DNA of 64,000 bases. Origin: an uncultured virus (IMG/VR IMGVR_UViG_3300042197_003121) (Duplodnaviria; Heunggongvirae; Uroviricota; Caudoviricetes). The position numbers and the translations under genes are program-made. Within the stretch, counting starts at the first letter, position 1. Every line of letters starts with the position of its first letter. The stretch lies in the IMG/VR virus record IMGVR_UViG_3300042197_003121. The stretch is one strand, 5' to 3'. The notes under the pieces were generated by a model that had not been told where the DNA came from, made no database searches, and saw only the letters and a program-made list of their open reading frames with translations. Positions 1-7,799 of this stretch are shown piece after piece.

Positions 1-407
1 GGGCTGTAGATGCCGGTATTAGCATCCCCGCTGAAAAACAAAGACGGAGTCGACGCCGACCCTGCAGCCAACCCAACATTCAAACTACCTGCTAACTTTG
101 CAGACGTAATAGAACCATCAGCCGGTACACTCGTATTTAATGCATCACCCATTAAAACGGCAAAAAAGCTTAACCCAGATCCTGGTGCCGTTGTAAATGT
201 AATGGTATTGGTATTAACCGTGTAATCAGTCGTCGGTTGCTGAATAACACCACCTAAAGAAACCAATAACTGCTGAGGACTTCCGGCTGTTACGTTGGTG
301 CCACCAACGCTAGTAGTGAAACTAGTAGTCGCGCCGTTAAATCCGCTCGAAATATCATCTAACTTTCGGTATTGACCAGCCAGAGGCTGCGTTCCGATGT
401 ATGCCAC
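1..407 (-). CDS. Tail fibre protein, N-terminal part (runs off the window edge)
   Basis: Read by hand from GTG at 407: MAYIGTQPLAGQYRKLDDISSGFNGATTSF...SLGGVIQQP...GSASTPSLFFSGDANTGIYSP; paralogous to the N-terminus of 37127..39325. Confidence 0.8.
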   Translation of the reverse strand, partial: MAYIGTQPLAGQYRKLDDISSGFNGATTSFTTSVGGTNVTAGSPQQLLVSLGGVIQQPTTDYTVNTNTITFTTAPGSGLSFFAVLMGDALNTSVPADGSITSAKLAGSLNVGLAAGSASTPSLFFSGDANTGIYS

Positions 408-564
408 AGGTTTTCATTCTTGATTCGCTTATTCTAATTCAACTTACTCACACCCCTTAAACCGTTGCTTTTACTATCAACAACTAAAAAAGAATAAAAT
501 TGCAATCGCAGAAACCATGAAGATAATTGCAATAGCGGCGCAGAACAGAGTGACTGCTTCTCTG

Positions 565-846
565 TCAGTCAGTTGGTTTAGATCGAATCTCATGAAGATA
601 CTCCGCCACCTGGAGCCGAAGTTCGGGCGGGATGAGATGACATTGGCTGATTTGAGCGCAGCACCACTCTAGCTCTGATGCAGCGCCCATGGCGTGACCG
701 GTGGTTAATCCTTTGTTGAAACCATAAGATGCACCTTTACGTACGATTGAACGGCAGGCTTCACCCTTACTGGTTTCTTTATTTAGGAGCTCTTTGGTCC
801 ATTCACGCACCCATTCTGGTGGTGGCATGAAGACAGGATCGATCAT
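565..846 (-). CDS. Hypothetical protein (PPPEW family, paralogue of 1897..2268)
   Basis: MIDPVFMPPPEWVREW...GAASELEWCC resembles PPPELVQQW...GADQELEACC; ATG at 846 preferred. Confidence 0.6.
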   Translation of the reverse strand: MIDPVFMPPPEWVREWTKELLNKETSKGEACRSIVRKGASYGFNKGLTTGHAMGAASELEWCCAQISQCHLIPPELRLQVAEYLHEIRSKPTD

Positions 847-1207
847 TTTGAAGTATTGGTTGGGTTTGAGAAAGTGCCAATACTTGACAGGTATTGGCGG
901 AAGTGGCAATACTACGGGCGGGCTAGTACAAACAAACTATTTTGAGTGTATCGAAGCGAACTCCGGTAAATCAAGAAAGAGGGTATTGTATAAATAGATA
1001 CCAAATCAAAGCAATGAATTCTGCATTCATCACCTATATCCAAGCTAATCAAAAGAAGTCCAATCGTGAACTGAATAAATATAATTTTGCGGTTCTGCAA
1101 ACAATGAAAGAAGGAAAGGAGCTCAACCAGTCTGCCCTGGTGAACAGCCGCTGACGTTTGCTATTCGCAAATAGCGAATACCCCTCCCCCTGATCGGCTC
1201 CCGAACG

Positions 1208-1234
1208 AAAAAACCTCCCCTTTGGTTGGGGAGG
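1208..1234 (-). terminator. Intrinsic terminator
   Basis: Minus strand CCTCCCC-AACCAAA-GGGGAGG-TTTTTT downstream of 1269..1469. Confidence 0.75.
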
Positions 1235-1268
1235 CCTGAGTTCAGCGAAAGTAAAGAAAGTAAAATCT

Positions 1269-1469
1269 TCAGTCGCCTGACTCGTGCTCGGTAGCACTGC
1301 GAACTTTGCTTGGGAGGGGCAAATTTAATGCTATCCTCAGGGTGTCATTTTCGTAAACAAGCATCCGAACCATGTCCGCTGTGCAAATCTCACAGGGATA
1401 AGGAAACCTTGGAGCGACGATGGAAGCAATTTCGTTGTAATACTTCCTGTAATCAAATTCTTCAATCAT
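1269..1469 (-). CDS. Hypothetical protein
   Basis: ORF in leftward series with ACCATG start. Confidence 0.6.
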   Translation of the reverse strand: MIEEFDYRKYYNEIASIVAPRFPYPCEICTADMVRMLVYENDTLRIALNLPLPSKVRSATEHESGD

Positions 1470-1471
1470 GG

Positions 1472-1486
1472 TAGTTGATCGGACTA
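1472..1486. repeat. TAGTN-N5-NACTA site
   Basis: TAGTT-GATCG-GACTA; contains the stop of 1484..1879. Confidence 0.65.
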
Positions 1487-1879
1487 CTGGGCTTGAAACA
1501 AGTCGATGTCATCCTCGGCAACATCCAGTTGAGTTGCTATACGTAAAAGCTCAGGCGCAAAGATCATGCCATGCCCGTTTTGGCACTGGTTAATCACCTC
1601 GCGCAATGCTGCGGCCAACATTTCACCGTCACTGACTGAACGGTCGCGCTGGTCAGCAAGAGTGCAATAGGCGTCAAAGATTGCTTGAACTTTTGCTTCA
1701 AGCTTTGCCTGCCCGGCACGTTGTACCCAATTTGTTTGGGTCGGTTCCTCCGGCTCTGGCTCAGCCAATGCAGTCCTTGCTCGTTCAACAAGAGCGTAAA
1801 ACCTTTTAGCGTCTGGCCAGTTGCATTGATATAAGTAGCTCAGAAGCTCATTACACAATCGCTTGTAGTCGTAAGTCAT
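1484..1879 (-). CDS. Hypothetical phage protein
   Basis: 131-aa ORF, ACCACCATG start. Confidence 0.7.
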   Translation of the reverse strand: MTYDYKRLCNELLSYLYQCNWPDAKRFYALVERARTALAEPEPEEPTQTNWVQRAGQAKLEAKVQAIFDAYCTLADQRDRSVSDGEMLAAALREVINQCQNGHGMIFAPELLRIATQLDVAEDDIDLFQAQ

Positions 1880-1884
1880 GGTGG

Positions 1885-1899
1885 TAGTGATGTTGACTA
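1885..1899. repeat. TAGTN-N5-NACTA site
   Basis: TAGTG-ATGTT-GACTA; contains the stop of 1897..2268. Confidence 0.7.
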
Positions 1900-2268
1900 C
1901 GAGGGCAGGGATTCAAGAGCAGTTCGAATGATGGCTAAATCAGATTCCATCTTTTCGCACCACATCTCACTGTCACATCTACTCATAGCCTCAAGCGCTA
2001 ACTCCTTCAAGCTCGGTGGCTTGGGGCGGCGGGCGGCGCGGAGTTCCTTGGCAAAACCATGGAAGTCTTCATGCTGCATGTATTCACAGCACGCCTCCAG
2101 CTCCTGGTCTGCTCCCCAGCGTGCGGCTTGAGTGGCGATGTGTTGTAGCTTTTCAGTCGTGATTGTCACTGTGGACATAATTCGCAACTGGCTGACATAT
2201 TCAGGCAAGTTGCGCCACTGCTGCACCAGTTCAGGCGGTGGGGTGATCGGGTGATTGTTTTCAGTCAT
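1897..2268 (-). CDS. Hypothetical phage protein (HPITPPPELVQQW family)
   Basis: 123-aa ORF in series. Confidence 0.7.
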   Translation of the reverse strand: MTENNHPITPPPELVQQWRNLPEYVSQLRIMSTVTITTEKLQHIATQAARWGADQELEACCEYMQHEDFHGFAKELRAARRPKPPSLKELALEAMSRCDSEMWCEKMESDLAIIRTALESLPS

Positions 2269-2274
2269 GATAAT

Positions 2275-2289
2275 TAGTCCTTTCCACTA
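2275..2289. repeat. TAGTN-N5-NACTA site
   Basis: TAGTC-CTTTC-CACTA; contains the stop of 2287..2457. Confidence 0.7.
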
Positions 2290-2457
2290 AGTAGGTCGGC
2301 AAAAGATTTGACGGATCACGGGCAGTTCGCCCCACCAACACTTGCCCAGCCAAGTTACTTCACCCCACTTCTGTTGTGGAACAAAGTCCTTGTTAGTCCA
2401 AGCGATGCGACCAATAAAGCCGCCCGTGTCGTCAATTCGGATAAAGAGGTCACGCAT
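2287..2457 (-). CDS. Small Trp-rich hypothetical protein (56 aa)
   Basis: Read by hand: MRDLFIRIDDTGGFIGRIAWTNKDFVPQQKWGEVTWLGKCWWGELPVIRQIFCRPT; fills the gap exactly between two sites. Confidence 0.65.
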   Translation of the reverse strand: MRDLFIRIDDTGGFIGRIAWTNKDFVPQQKWGEVTWLGKCWWGELPVIRQIFCRPT

Positions 2458-2472
2458 TAGTCGCTTTCACTA
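2458..2472. repeat. TAGTN-N5-NACTA site
   Basis: TAGTC-GCTTT-CACTA; abuts the ATG of 2287..2457. Confidence 0.7.
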
Positions 2473-2483
2473 ATAGGTGTAAA

Positions 2484-2936
2484 TTAGAACGGAATTTCGT
2501 TCGTCGGTTGATTAAGATCAATCTTCTCCCGAGGGATCGAACCTTTACCATTGTCCAGGTGTGGTGCCACGGCTGCCATGAACGCATTTTCAAAATCCCG
2601 CATCGGATCGATTTTAGGCAACTGATTCAACATCTGAACCATTGCTTTGCTGGCGCTGACAGCAGCAGTTCTGTTGCCATCCTTCCTGGCTTCCATACGA
2701 TCAACCTGAAGACCAGTGAAGACCTGGGCGAAGAGGGCGGCGCGGTTCTCAACACCGATGGATTCGATCAAGAGTTGGCGTCCTGCGCGAACGTAGCTGC
2801 GGGCTTGTTGTGGTGTCACGTCAAAGCGTTTGGAAAGTTGATCGACGACAGCATGACCAGGCCATCCTTCTGCCAGGAGGTTAGCAGCCTGTTCATTCCT
2901 GTCTAGGAGTTCTTCTTTGGTGGAGCGGTGAGTCAT
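2484..2936 (-). CDS. Hypothetical protein, possible N-terminal HTH
   Basis: ATG at 2936 after CA-rich leader; LLAEGWPGHAVVDQLSKRFDVTPQQARSY looks HTH-like. Confidence 0.6.
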   Translation of the reverse strand: MTHRSTKEELLDRNEQAANLLAEGWPGHAVVDQLSKRFDVTPQQARSYVRAGRQLLIESIGVENRAALFAQVFTGLQVDRMEARKDGNRTAAVSASKAMVQMLNQLPKIDPMRDFENAFMAAVAPHLDNGKGSIPREKIDLNQPTNEIPF

Positions 2937-3271
2937 GGTGGTGGTGTGTGCGTTTGATAATGTTGTGCTTTGGAGCACAGCGTGGTCATTGTAGCTCAAT
3001 CAAAATGTGGGTGAGCATAAATGCTTACTATGTTTTACCCACAATTTGATCTTGGTTCGTGGCTATTCTTTTGCTTCTGCGCTGGGATGATTTATCAGTT
3101 CTACCGGAATGAAGTGAACTCCTAATTAGGAGGAAATTAGGAGTTCGTTAGGAGTTACTCGTTGCTGGCGTAAATCAAGAGAGCAATGATGATGTACGTA
3201 ACAGCCGCTAAGCAGAAACCGAGCAACCCAATCACATCCCAGGGGATTGTATCCATTGTTACATTTTCAGA

Positions 3272-3610
3272 TCAGAAGTAGATCCTACTGCCTCCAGGGC
3301 AATAGTCATCATCATCGTAATCAGAACAATCGTTTATTATCGGTTTCCATTCTGCATTAACCAATAATTGGTACCGGTTCACATATTCTTCCAACTCTGA
3401 AGTAGTCTTACCTTTAAATTCTAAGTGATCGGGTAAAGCTTCCGGATAGATTACAGTCTCACATCTCGCTGGTGCAAACTCTGGTGCATCATAAAAAGAC
3501 AGGGGGACGGTGCATTTGCCCATGTTTTCGATGATGGCCGTGACGACCAGATTGCCGTCTCTATCAACATCAAAATCTTCAATGAGAGCGATGTCGTAGT
3601 GGTAGCTCAT
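3272..3610 (-). CDS. Hypothetical acidic protein
   Basis: ATG overlaps the stop of the upstream gene (ATGA). Confidence 0.65.
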   Translation of the reverse strand: MSYHYDIALIEDFDVDRDGNLVVTAIIENMGKCTVPLSFYDAPEFAPARCETVIYPEALPDHLEFKGKTTSELEEYVNRYQLLVNAEWKPIINDCSDYDDDDYCPGGSRIYF

Positions 3611-3804
3611 GATGGTTTGGTTGGTGTGAAGGTCCAGTGTGTGCAACGAAAATCAAAATGCATTTCGCTGGCGGAGAGGTAACTCTCTGTCATCCAGCCA
3701 TGGAGCGGAGAGAAATACAGAACTGTTCCGTATTCATCTGCTTGTTCTTCAGTTGGATAGTCTGCAGGTTCGTCGAGGAAGAATACGTTTTCAGGTAGAA
3801 GCAT
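3607..3804 (-). CDS. Hypothetical protein
   Basis: MLLPENVF...PTEEQADEYG...THW. Confidence 0.6.
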   Translation of the reverse strand: MLLPENVFFLDEPADYPTEEQADEYGTVLYFSPLHGWMTESYLSASEMHFDFRCTHWTFTPTKPS

Positions 3805-3814
3805 GCGTTGAAAT

Positions 3815-4066
3815 CTAAAGAAATAGTGAAGGGATGTCGTACTGCTTAGGAGATGATTCATCCCCTTCAGCTTTACCACCGATGCTGTCGATGTATTCAG
3901 TTTCTTCTTGCAATCGTTCTAACACCGTTTCAATCATTGCTGAAATTGTACCGGCGACACTGTCACCAGAATCCTCAGCAATCTCATGGAGTGTGTTCCA
4001 ATCTTCAGTTGTTAATGTGATACAGACGAGAGACTTGACGTAGGTTGAAGACATCATCAGAGGCAC
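3815..4066 (-). CDS. Possible ribbon-helix-helix DNA-binding protein
   Basis: VCITLTTEDWNTLHEIAEDSGDSVAGTISAMIE pattern. Confidence 0.45.
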   Translation of the reverse strand: MPLMMSSTYVKSLVCITLTTEDWNTLHEIAEDSGDSVAGTISAMIETVLERLQEETEYIDSIGGKAEGDESSPKQYDIPSLFL

Positions 4067-4112
4067 AGAAGTAGCATCAAGGCAACAGCGATGATCGTGT
4101 TGCGGGTGGTTT

Positions 4113-4421
4113 TCATGGCTTGAGAGCTGGCGCAGGACCCTTCAACTGTGCGCGGGATACGCATTGGAGAGAGGGCCCAACAGCCGTCGGGTGTTCAACA
4201 ATGACAGAGACAGATTTAGGGCAATCAATCTCTACCTTCTTGTTGATTTCTTTCTGGATGAACATAGCGACCAGAGCAACAACACCAAGAGAAAGAATCG
4301 CTGGTGTGAGCTTCGCTAAATTCTCAGCCGCATCAATCGCTGCGAGGGCAAGATGTTGAGCAGCTGTTAGTTTCCGTCGTTTGGAGATCATGATGTCACC
4401 GATGTTCAGTAATGTGTGCAA
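4113..4421 (-). CDS. Hypothetical membrane protein
   Basis: One hydrophobic segment AILSLGVVALVAMFI; start uncertain. Confidence 0.55.
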   Translation of the reverse strand: MHTLLNIGDIMISKRRKLTAAQHLALAAIDAAENLAKLTPAILSLGVVALVAMFIQKEINKKVEIDCPKSVSVIVEHPTAVGPSLQCVSRAQLKGPAPALKP

Positions 4422-4653
4422 CCCAGTGTTCGATGTAGTCGATCACATCGTCCAGCTTTGCAATAGCTTCGCTTCTTTCAAAGCGAGCATCTTGATAAGC
4501 ATGATCACCCTGGGGATAGAAATCGCGGGCGTTGCAAGTGGAGGAAAGCAATGCTTCCCTTGCACTCTTGAGTGAGTGCCAGGCGTCGGTGTATTCCCTG
4601 GAGAGGGTATCAGCACCGGTGCCGTTGAGATGGATGGTTGGCAGCGTGTACAT
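4396..4653 (-). CDS. Hypothetical phage protein
   Basis: MYTLPTIHLNGTG...NARDFYPQG; ACCATG start. Confidence 0.7.
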   Translation of the reverse strand: MYTLPTIHLNGTGADTLSREYTDAWHSLKSAREALLSSTCNARDFYPQGDHAYQDARFERSEAIAKLDDVIDYIEHWVAHITEHR

Positions 4654-4657
4654 GGTG

Positions 4658-4933
4658 TCAGCTGTGAAGGAGTTGGGTTTCATAATGAGCCTGCTTCCAG
4701 ATCTCAGCCATGGTGACAGGAGGCTCACCGCCGCTGTTGTCGTACAGATGCTGAGGGGTTGGATCGTAGTTGAGCTCTTCTTCGAGGGCAGGAATAATTT
4801 CGTATTCAATTAGATCGCGAAGGGTAAAAGAAAGATCTTCATATCCTTCGGGCTTCTTCGATTCACGCAAGAGAACCTCTTTGAGCTCGTTAACGATTCT
4901 CTGGACGTGATCAGATTCGTGAATGCGGTTCAT
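4658..4933 (-). CDS. Hypothetical protein
   Basis: ORF in series, CACACCATG start. Confidence 0.7.
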   Translation of the reverse strand: MNRIHESDHVQRIVNELKEVLLRESKKPEGYEDLSFTLRDLIEYEIIPALEEELNYDPTPQHLYDNSGGEPPVTMAEIWKQAHYETQLLHS

Positions 4934-4966
4934 GGTGTGGTGTGTGGGTGGATTGGATAACTGTGA

Positions 4967-5224
4967 TCACTGTTGCAGTGGGATCTTTGCAAACTCCTCG
5001 ATGAGCTGTTGCTCTGTGTAATTTTCGTATTCAGGATTTGCAGTATCACAATGCTCCGGCTTCTTCTTGATGTAGACAGTTTCGTTATCAACGAAGTAAT
5101 AACGCAAGCCTTCTGCTGCAAGCATGGTGAAACAGTTACCGAGAGTTCGATACTGTTGGTGAGCCATTTCTTTGAGCAGATAATACTGATGCTCTGAGAG
5201 TTTGATGCTGATGGCGTAATCCAT
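4967..5224 (-). CDS. Possible ribbon-helix-helix protein
   Basis: ISIKLSEHQYYLLKEMAHQQYRTLGN pattern. Confidence 0.5.
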   Translation of the reverse strand: MDYAISIKLSEHQYYLLKEMAHQQYRTLGNCFTMLAAEGLRYYFVDNETVYIKKKPEHCDTANPEYENYTEQQLIEEFAKIPLQQ

Positions 5225-5259
5225 GGTGTTTGTGGTGTGTGTGGGCTATGTGTTTATGC

Positions 5260-5457
5260 TCAGTGAGGAATAACCTCTCTGGGCCTCTGGAACGCGCTGT
5301 TGGGGCCGTACTTCTCGGCCAACTCAGGGAACGCATCCCAGATACGTTGACGGTTGCTGGGATCCGCATAACGCAGAGCAGTAGCTAAGCTGGAGACAAA
5401 GGTCCCACCAAAGCGCTCCATGCAGAGCAGTGTGACGTGAAATTCGTTGGGAGTCAT
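5260..5457 (-). CDS. Hypothetical phage protein
   Basis: MERFGGTFVSSLATALRYADPSNRQRIWDAFPEL, a motif typical of small phage proteins. Confidence 0.7.
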   Translation of the reverse strand: MTPNEFHVTLLCMERFGGTFVSSLATALRYADPSNRQRIWDAFPELAEKYGPNSAFQRPREVIPH

Positions 5458-5509
5458 GGTGATGATGCAGTGGTGTGTGCAGTGGAAGTCTACAGGGTTT
5501 TTGTCAGGC

Positions 5510-5785
5510 TCAATCGTTTGTTGCGCCTTCTAACATTGCGAGAGAAGATGAAACCTCGGCGTGCATGTCCTTGAGCCATGCAATGCGCTGGTCTTTCCCA
5601 TCTGTTCTAAGTGCCATGTTGTGGACATAACACAGGATTGCACCTCGAAGTACATTTGGTGGAACACCTTCAATGCTGAGGATTTCGTTTGCACTGTGAT
5701 CATTGAACATGATTTCTTCATCAGCGTTGCAGATGTGCATGCTGCAAGAAACGATGCTGTACGTAGTGATTGTTGATTTGTCCAT
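5510..5785 (-). CDS. Hypothetical protein
   Basis: ORF in series, ACCATG start. Confidence 0.6.
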   Translation of the reverse strand: MDKSTITTYSIVSCSMHICNADEEIMFNDHSANEILSIEGVPPNVLRGAILCYVHNMALRTDGKDQRIAWLKDMHAEVSSSLAMLEGATND

Positions 5786-5793
5786 GGTGATGA

Positions 5794-5997
5794 TCAGATA
5801 GATTCAATGAAACCGAGTTGGAGATCATGGAGGGGACCGAAGTCCCCCCGTGGCTTGAGCTGATACCAGTTGAGATCCCAGCCATTGGCCAGGCGATCTT
5901 CTTTGATCAGCGTTTCGATGTCGCGAACATCATCAATCCCGCCAGAGACAGAGATCCTGATCTTGTTGGGGTTGCGGTCGCGGCGTGCGTCAGACAT
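5794..5997 (-). CDS. Hypothetical protein
   Basis: ORF in series, ACCATG start. Confidence 0.6.
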   Translation of the reverse strand: MSDARRDRNPNKIRISVSGGIDDVRDIETLIKEDRLANGWDLNWYQLKPRGDFGPLHDLQLGFIESI

Positions 5998-6023
5998 GGT
6001 CGGAGGTTAAGGTTTGATTAAGG

Positions 6024-6383
6024 TCAGATCATGCCAAGGAGGGACAGCCAGCTGTCGGGATGATCAGGTTCGACAGAGTCATCTGCTGGTGTCAGCGCCA
6101 GACTGTCGAACGACATCTCCTCGAGCTCACCCATGCAGGGGATTTCATAAAACCCTGCCAGAGTTTCCTTCTCTTCTGCGGTGTAGTTACCACCGACAGG
6201 CTCCCAGTAAATCCTGAGCAAGCCCGTGCGCTTGTCTTTGGTGATGTCCCCAGCCTTGAGCTGGCCCGGCTTCATGCTGGTGTCCCAGGTGACTGCCAGG
6301 TCAGGCTGTGCATCGTAGTCATCTTGGCTGTCGATCGGCTGGTAGCCAAAAGCAGCAGCAGCGATGTCGATTCCAGTGGTCAT
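6024..6383 (-). CDS. Hypothetical phage protein
   Basis: C-terminal VEPDHPDSWLSLLGMI motif. Confidence 0.7.
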   Translation of the reverse strand: MTTGIDIAAAAFGYQPIDSQDDYDAQPDLAVTWDTSMKPGQLKAGDITKDKRTGLLRIYWEPVGGNYTAEEKETLAGFYEIPCMGELEEMSFDSLALTPADDSVEPDHPDSWLSLLGMI

Positions 6384-6394
6384 GGTGTGTTCCT

Positions 6395-6458
6395 TGCTAA
6401 GTGGAGAGAGGGAGAGAATCCCTCAGGGAGAGGCTACAGCCCCTCCGGGAGAGAATCA
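6395..6458. repeat. Intergenic direct repeat, copy 1 (copy 2 at 6881-6940)
   Basis: TGCTAAGTGGAGAGAGGGAG..AATCCCTCAG..hairpin..GGGAGAGAATCA. Confidence 0.85.
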
Positions 6459-6680
6459 AGAGAGAGGCAACACGTTCGGGGTGACGACGCCCACCCGGTT
6501 GCCGTTGATGTCGTTCAGGCAGAGCCCGACACCACTGTAGGGGTCGATGTAGGCGGTGTTGGCTTCGATCCGATCGGCAGCGTGCCTCAGGATGCGACCG
6601 AGCTCTGCAGCTTGATCATCATAGGTGACACCAAAGGCATCGTTGTCGACACAGATGGTGATGTTGATGACGTGATCCAT
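6456..6680 (-). CDS. Hypothetical phage protein
   Basis: DNDAF...ELGRILR...LNDINGNRVG motif. Confidence 0.7.
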   Translation of the reverse strand: MDHVINITICVDNDAFGVTYDDQAAELGRILRHAADRIEANTAYIDPYSGVGLCLNDINGNRVGVVTPNVLPLS

Positions 6681-6683
6681 GGT

Positions 6684-6869
6684 TCACAATCCAGCAATGA
6701 AACGTTGGGCGTGAGCGGTATCGATCCACTGGTGACGATCAGTGCCGATACGGAAGCACACATCCCAAACAAGGAACGTGGCCGTGCGGCGGTCGACCTG
6801 CAGCAGATCGCAGAGCCAAGTGACGGTTTCAGGGAAGGACTCAGACGGAGCCCGGTGAATGGTGGTCAT
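6684..6869 (-). CDS. Hypothetical protein
   Basis: ATG at 6869 directly after the repeat. Confidence 0.55.
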   Translation of the reverse strand: MTTIHRAPSESFPETVTWLCDLLQVDRRTATFLVWDVCFRIGTDRHQWIDTAHAQRFIAGL

Positions 6870-6880
6870 TAGTCTGTCCG

Positions 6881-6940
6881 TGCTAAGTGGAGAGAGGGAG
6901 AATCCCTCAGAGGGAGCCGAAGCCCCCTGGGAGAGAATCA
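6881..6940. repeat. Intergenic direct repeat, copy 2
   Basis: Near-identical to 6395-6458. Confidence 0.85.
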
Positions 6941-7090
6941 TAGCAGCTGGCAGATGACCAGGACCCCCAGCAGGATCAACAGGATGGTCTGTTGCTGCTG
7001 CAGCTCGCTGATCTTCTCAGCCTGCGTTGAGGTTAACTCTACAGCCGCATCGATGATGTCGGCCTTGGAGCTGCGCTCGTTGATGTTCAT
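6938..7090 (-). CDS. Small protein with C-terminal membrane anchor
   Basis: MNINERSSKADII...QQQQTILLILLGVLVICQLL. Confidence 0.6.
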   Translation of the reverse strand: MNINERSSKADIIDAAVELTSTQAEKISELQQQQTILLILLGVLVICQLL

Positions 7091-7132
7091 GGTTCTAGGT
7101 GCGGTGGCGGTTTCTATGTCCGCCGTGATCTG

Positions 7133-7190
7133 ACTGTAGAGCATCAAGGGATGGACTCCCTGGGTTTGAAATAAATCGTCATTGTGTTAA
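7133..7190 (-). promoter_or_regulatory. Putative early promoter (-10 TACAGT plus conserved upstream element)
   Basis: Same -10 and upstream TGAAATA..TC.TCAT...GTTAA (+ strand) as 9016-9072. Confidence 0.55.
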
Positions 7191-7417
7191 CAGATTCACA
7201 CAATTCCCGATTAAATGCATGACCCATGTACCGATGCAAAAGTACACAGTCATGCACCGTGTAGTACACAGTCATGCACTTAACAGTGCAAATCCATGTA
7301 CTTGCATTAATAAATTATTCCACAGGTCCTGCCGAATTACCCAAAAAACCGGACTAATCTTCAGGCCCCTGTCTCGACATCGGTTGCGGCGCAAGGGATC
7401 TCAGAGGGATGTGACAG

Positions 7418-7433
7418 TGTGAAAAGTGTCACA
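7418..7433. promoter_or_regulatory. Perfect CRP-type site TGTGA-N6-TCACA
   Basis: TGTGA-AAAGTG-TCACA in non-coding DNA. Confidence 0.35.
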
Positions 7434-7553
7434 AGTACATGTATTACGTACTTAATTAGGGTGATTTTGGGCGGTTCCGAGCTTAGCATAGGTGATTTTA
7501 CGTCAAAATTGTGTGACGATTTGTAAATTGGCACATTGTTACAGGTTGTTGCG

Positions 7554-7612
7554 CACTATCAACATGTAAATCACTATCAACTATCAACAAAAATGCCCCT
7601 TGCGGGGCAAAA
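7554..7612 (-). repeat. Terminator plus TGTTGATAGTG repeats (module 1)
   Basis: GCCCC-TTGC-GGGGC hairpin with minus-strand T-tract, then three CTATCAAC copies. Confidence 0.8.
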
Positions 7613-7621
7613 TCGTTAATT

Positions 7622-7756
7622 TCAGCCAAAATAGAGTCCGTCGTCGGGTGATTCGTCGGGCTCGTAGCCGATTTCATCGTCCTCAGGCAAGCCATCGGCT
7701 GGTTCTTGCCATTCAAGCGGGACAATCCAGCCAAAATAGGGAGAATCGTAGGTCAT
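7622..7756 (-). CDS. Small highly acidic protein (44 aa)
   Basis: Read by hand: MTYDSPYFGWIVPLEWQEPADGLPEDDEIGYEPDESPDDGLYFG; CCTAGAAC leader as in neighbours; terminator follows. Confidence 0.55.
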   Translation of the reverse strand: MTYDSPYFGWIVPLEWQEPADGLPEDDEIGYEPDESPDDGLYFG

Positions 7757-7799
7757 GATCCGTTCTAGGTGGGTTGGTGGGGCCCGTGGGCCCCGATTT

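Noticed and set aside
901..914. Further cassette site AAGTG-GCAA-TACTA
   Set aside because: Core one base short and the adjoining ORF 912..1100 is doubtful; not counted
1472..2472. TAGT..ACTA sites as cyanobacterial LexA boxes
   Set aside because: The picocyanobacterial LexA box as I recall it (TAGTACA-N2-TGTACTA) is 16 bp with conserved inner bases; these are 15 bp, lack them, and lie on stop codons and inside genes
6060..6872. 270-aa + strand ORF and similar antisense ORFs (24099..24785, 25498..25923, 7774..8142)
   Set aside because: Shadows of real genes on the opposite strand caused by codon bias
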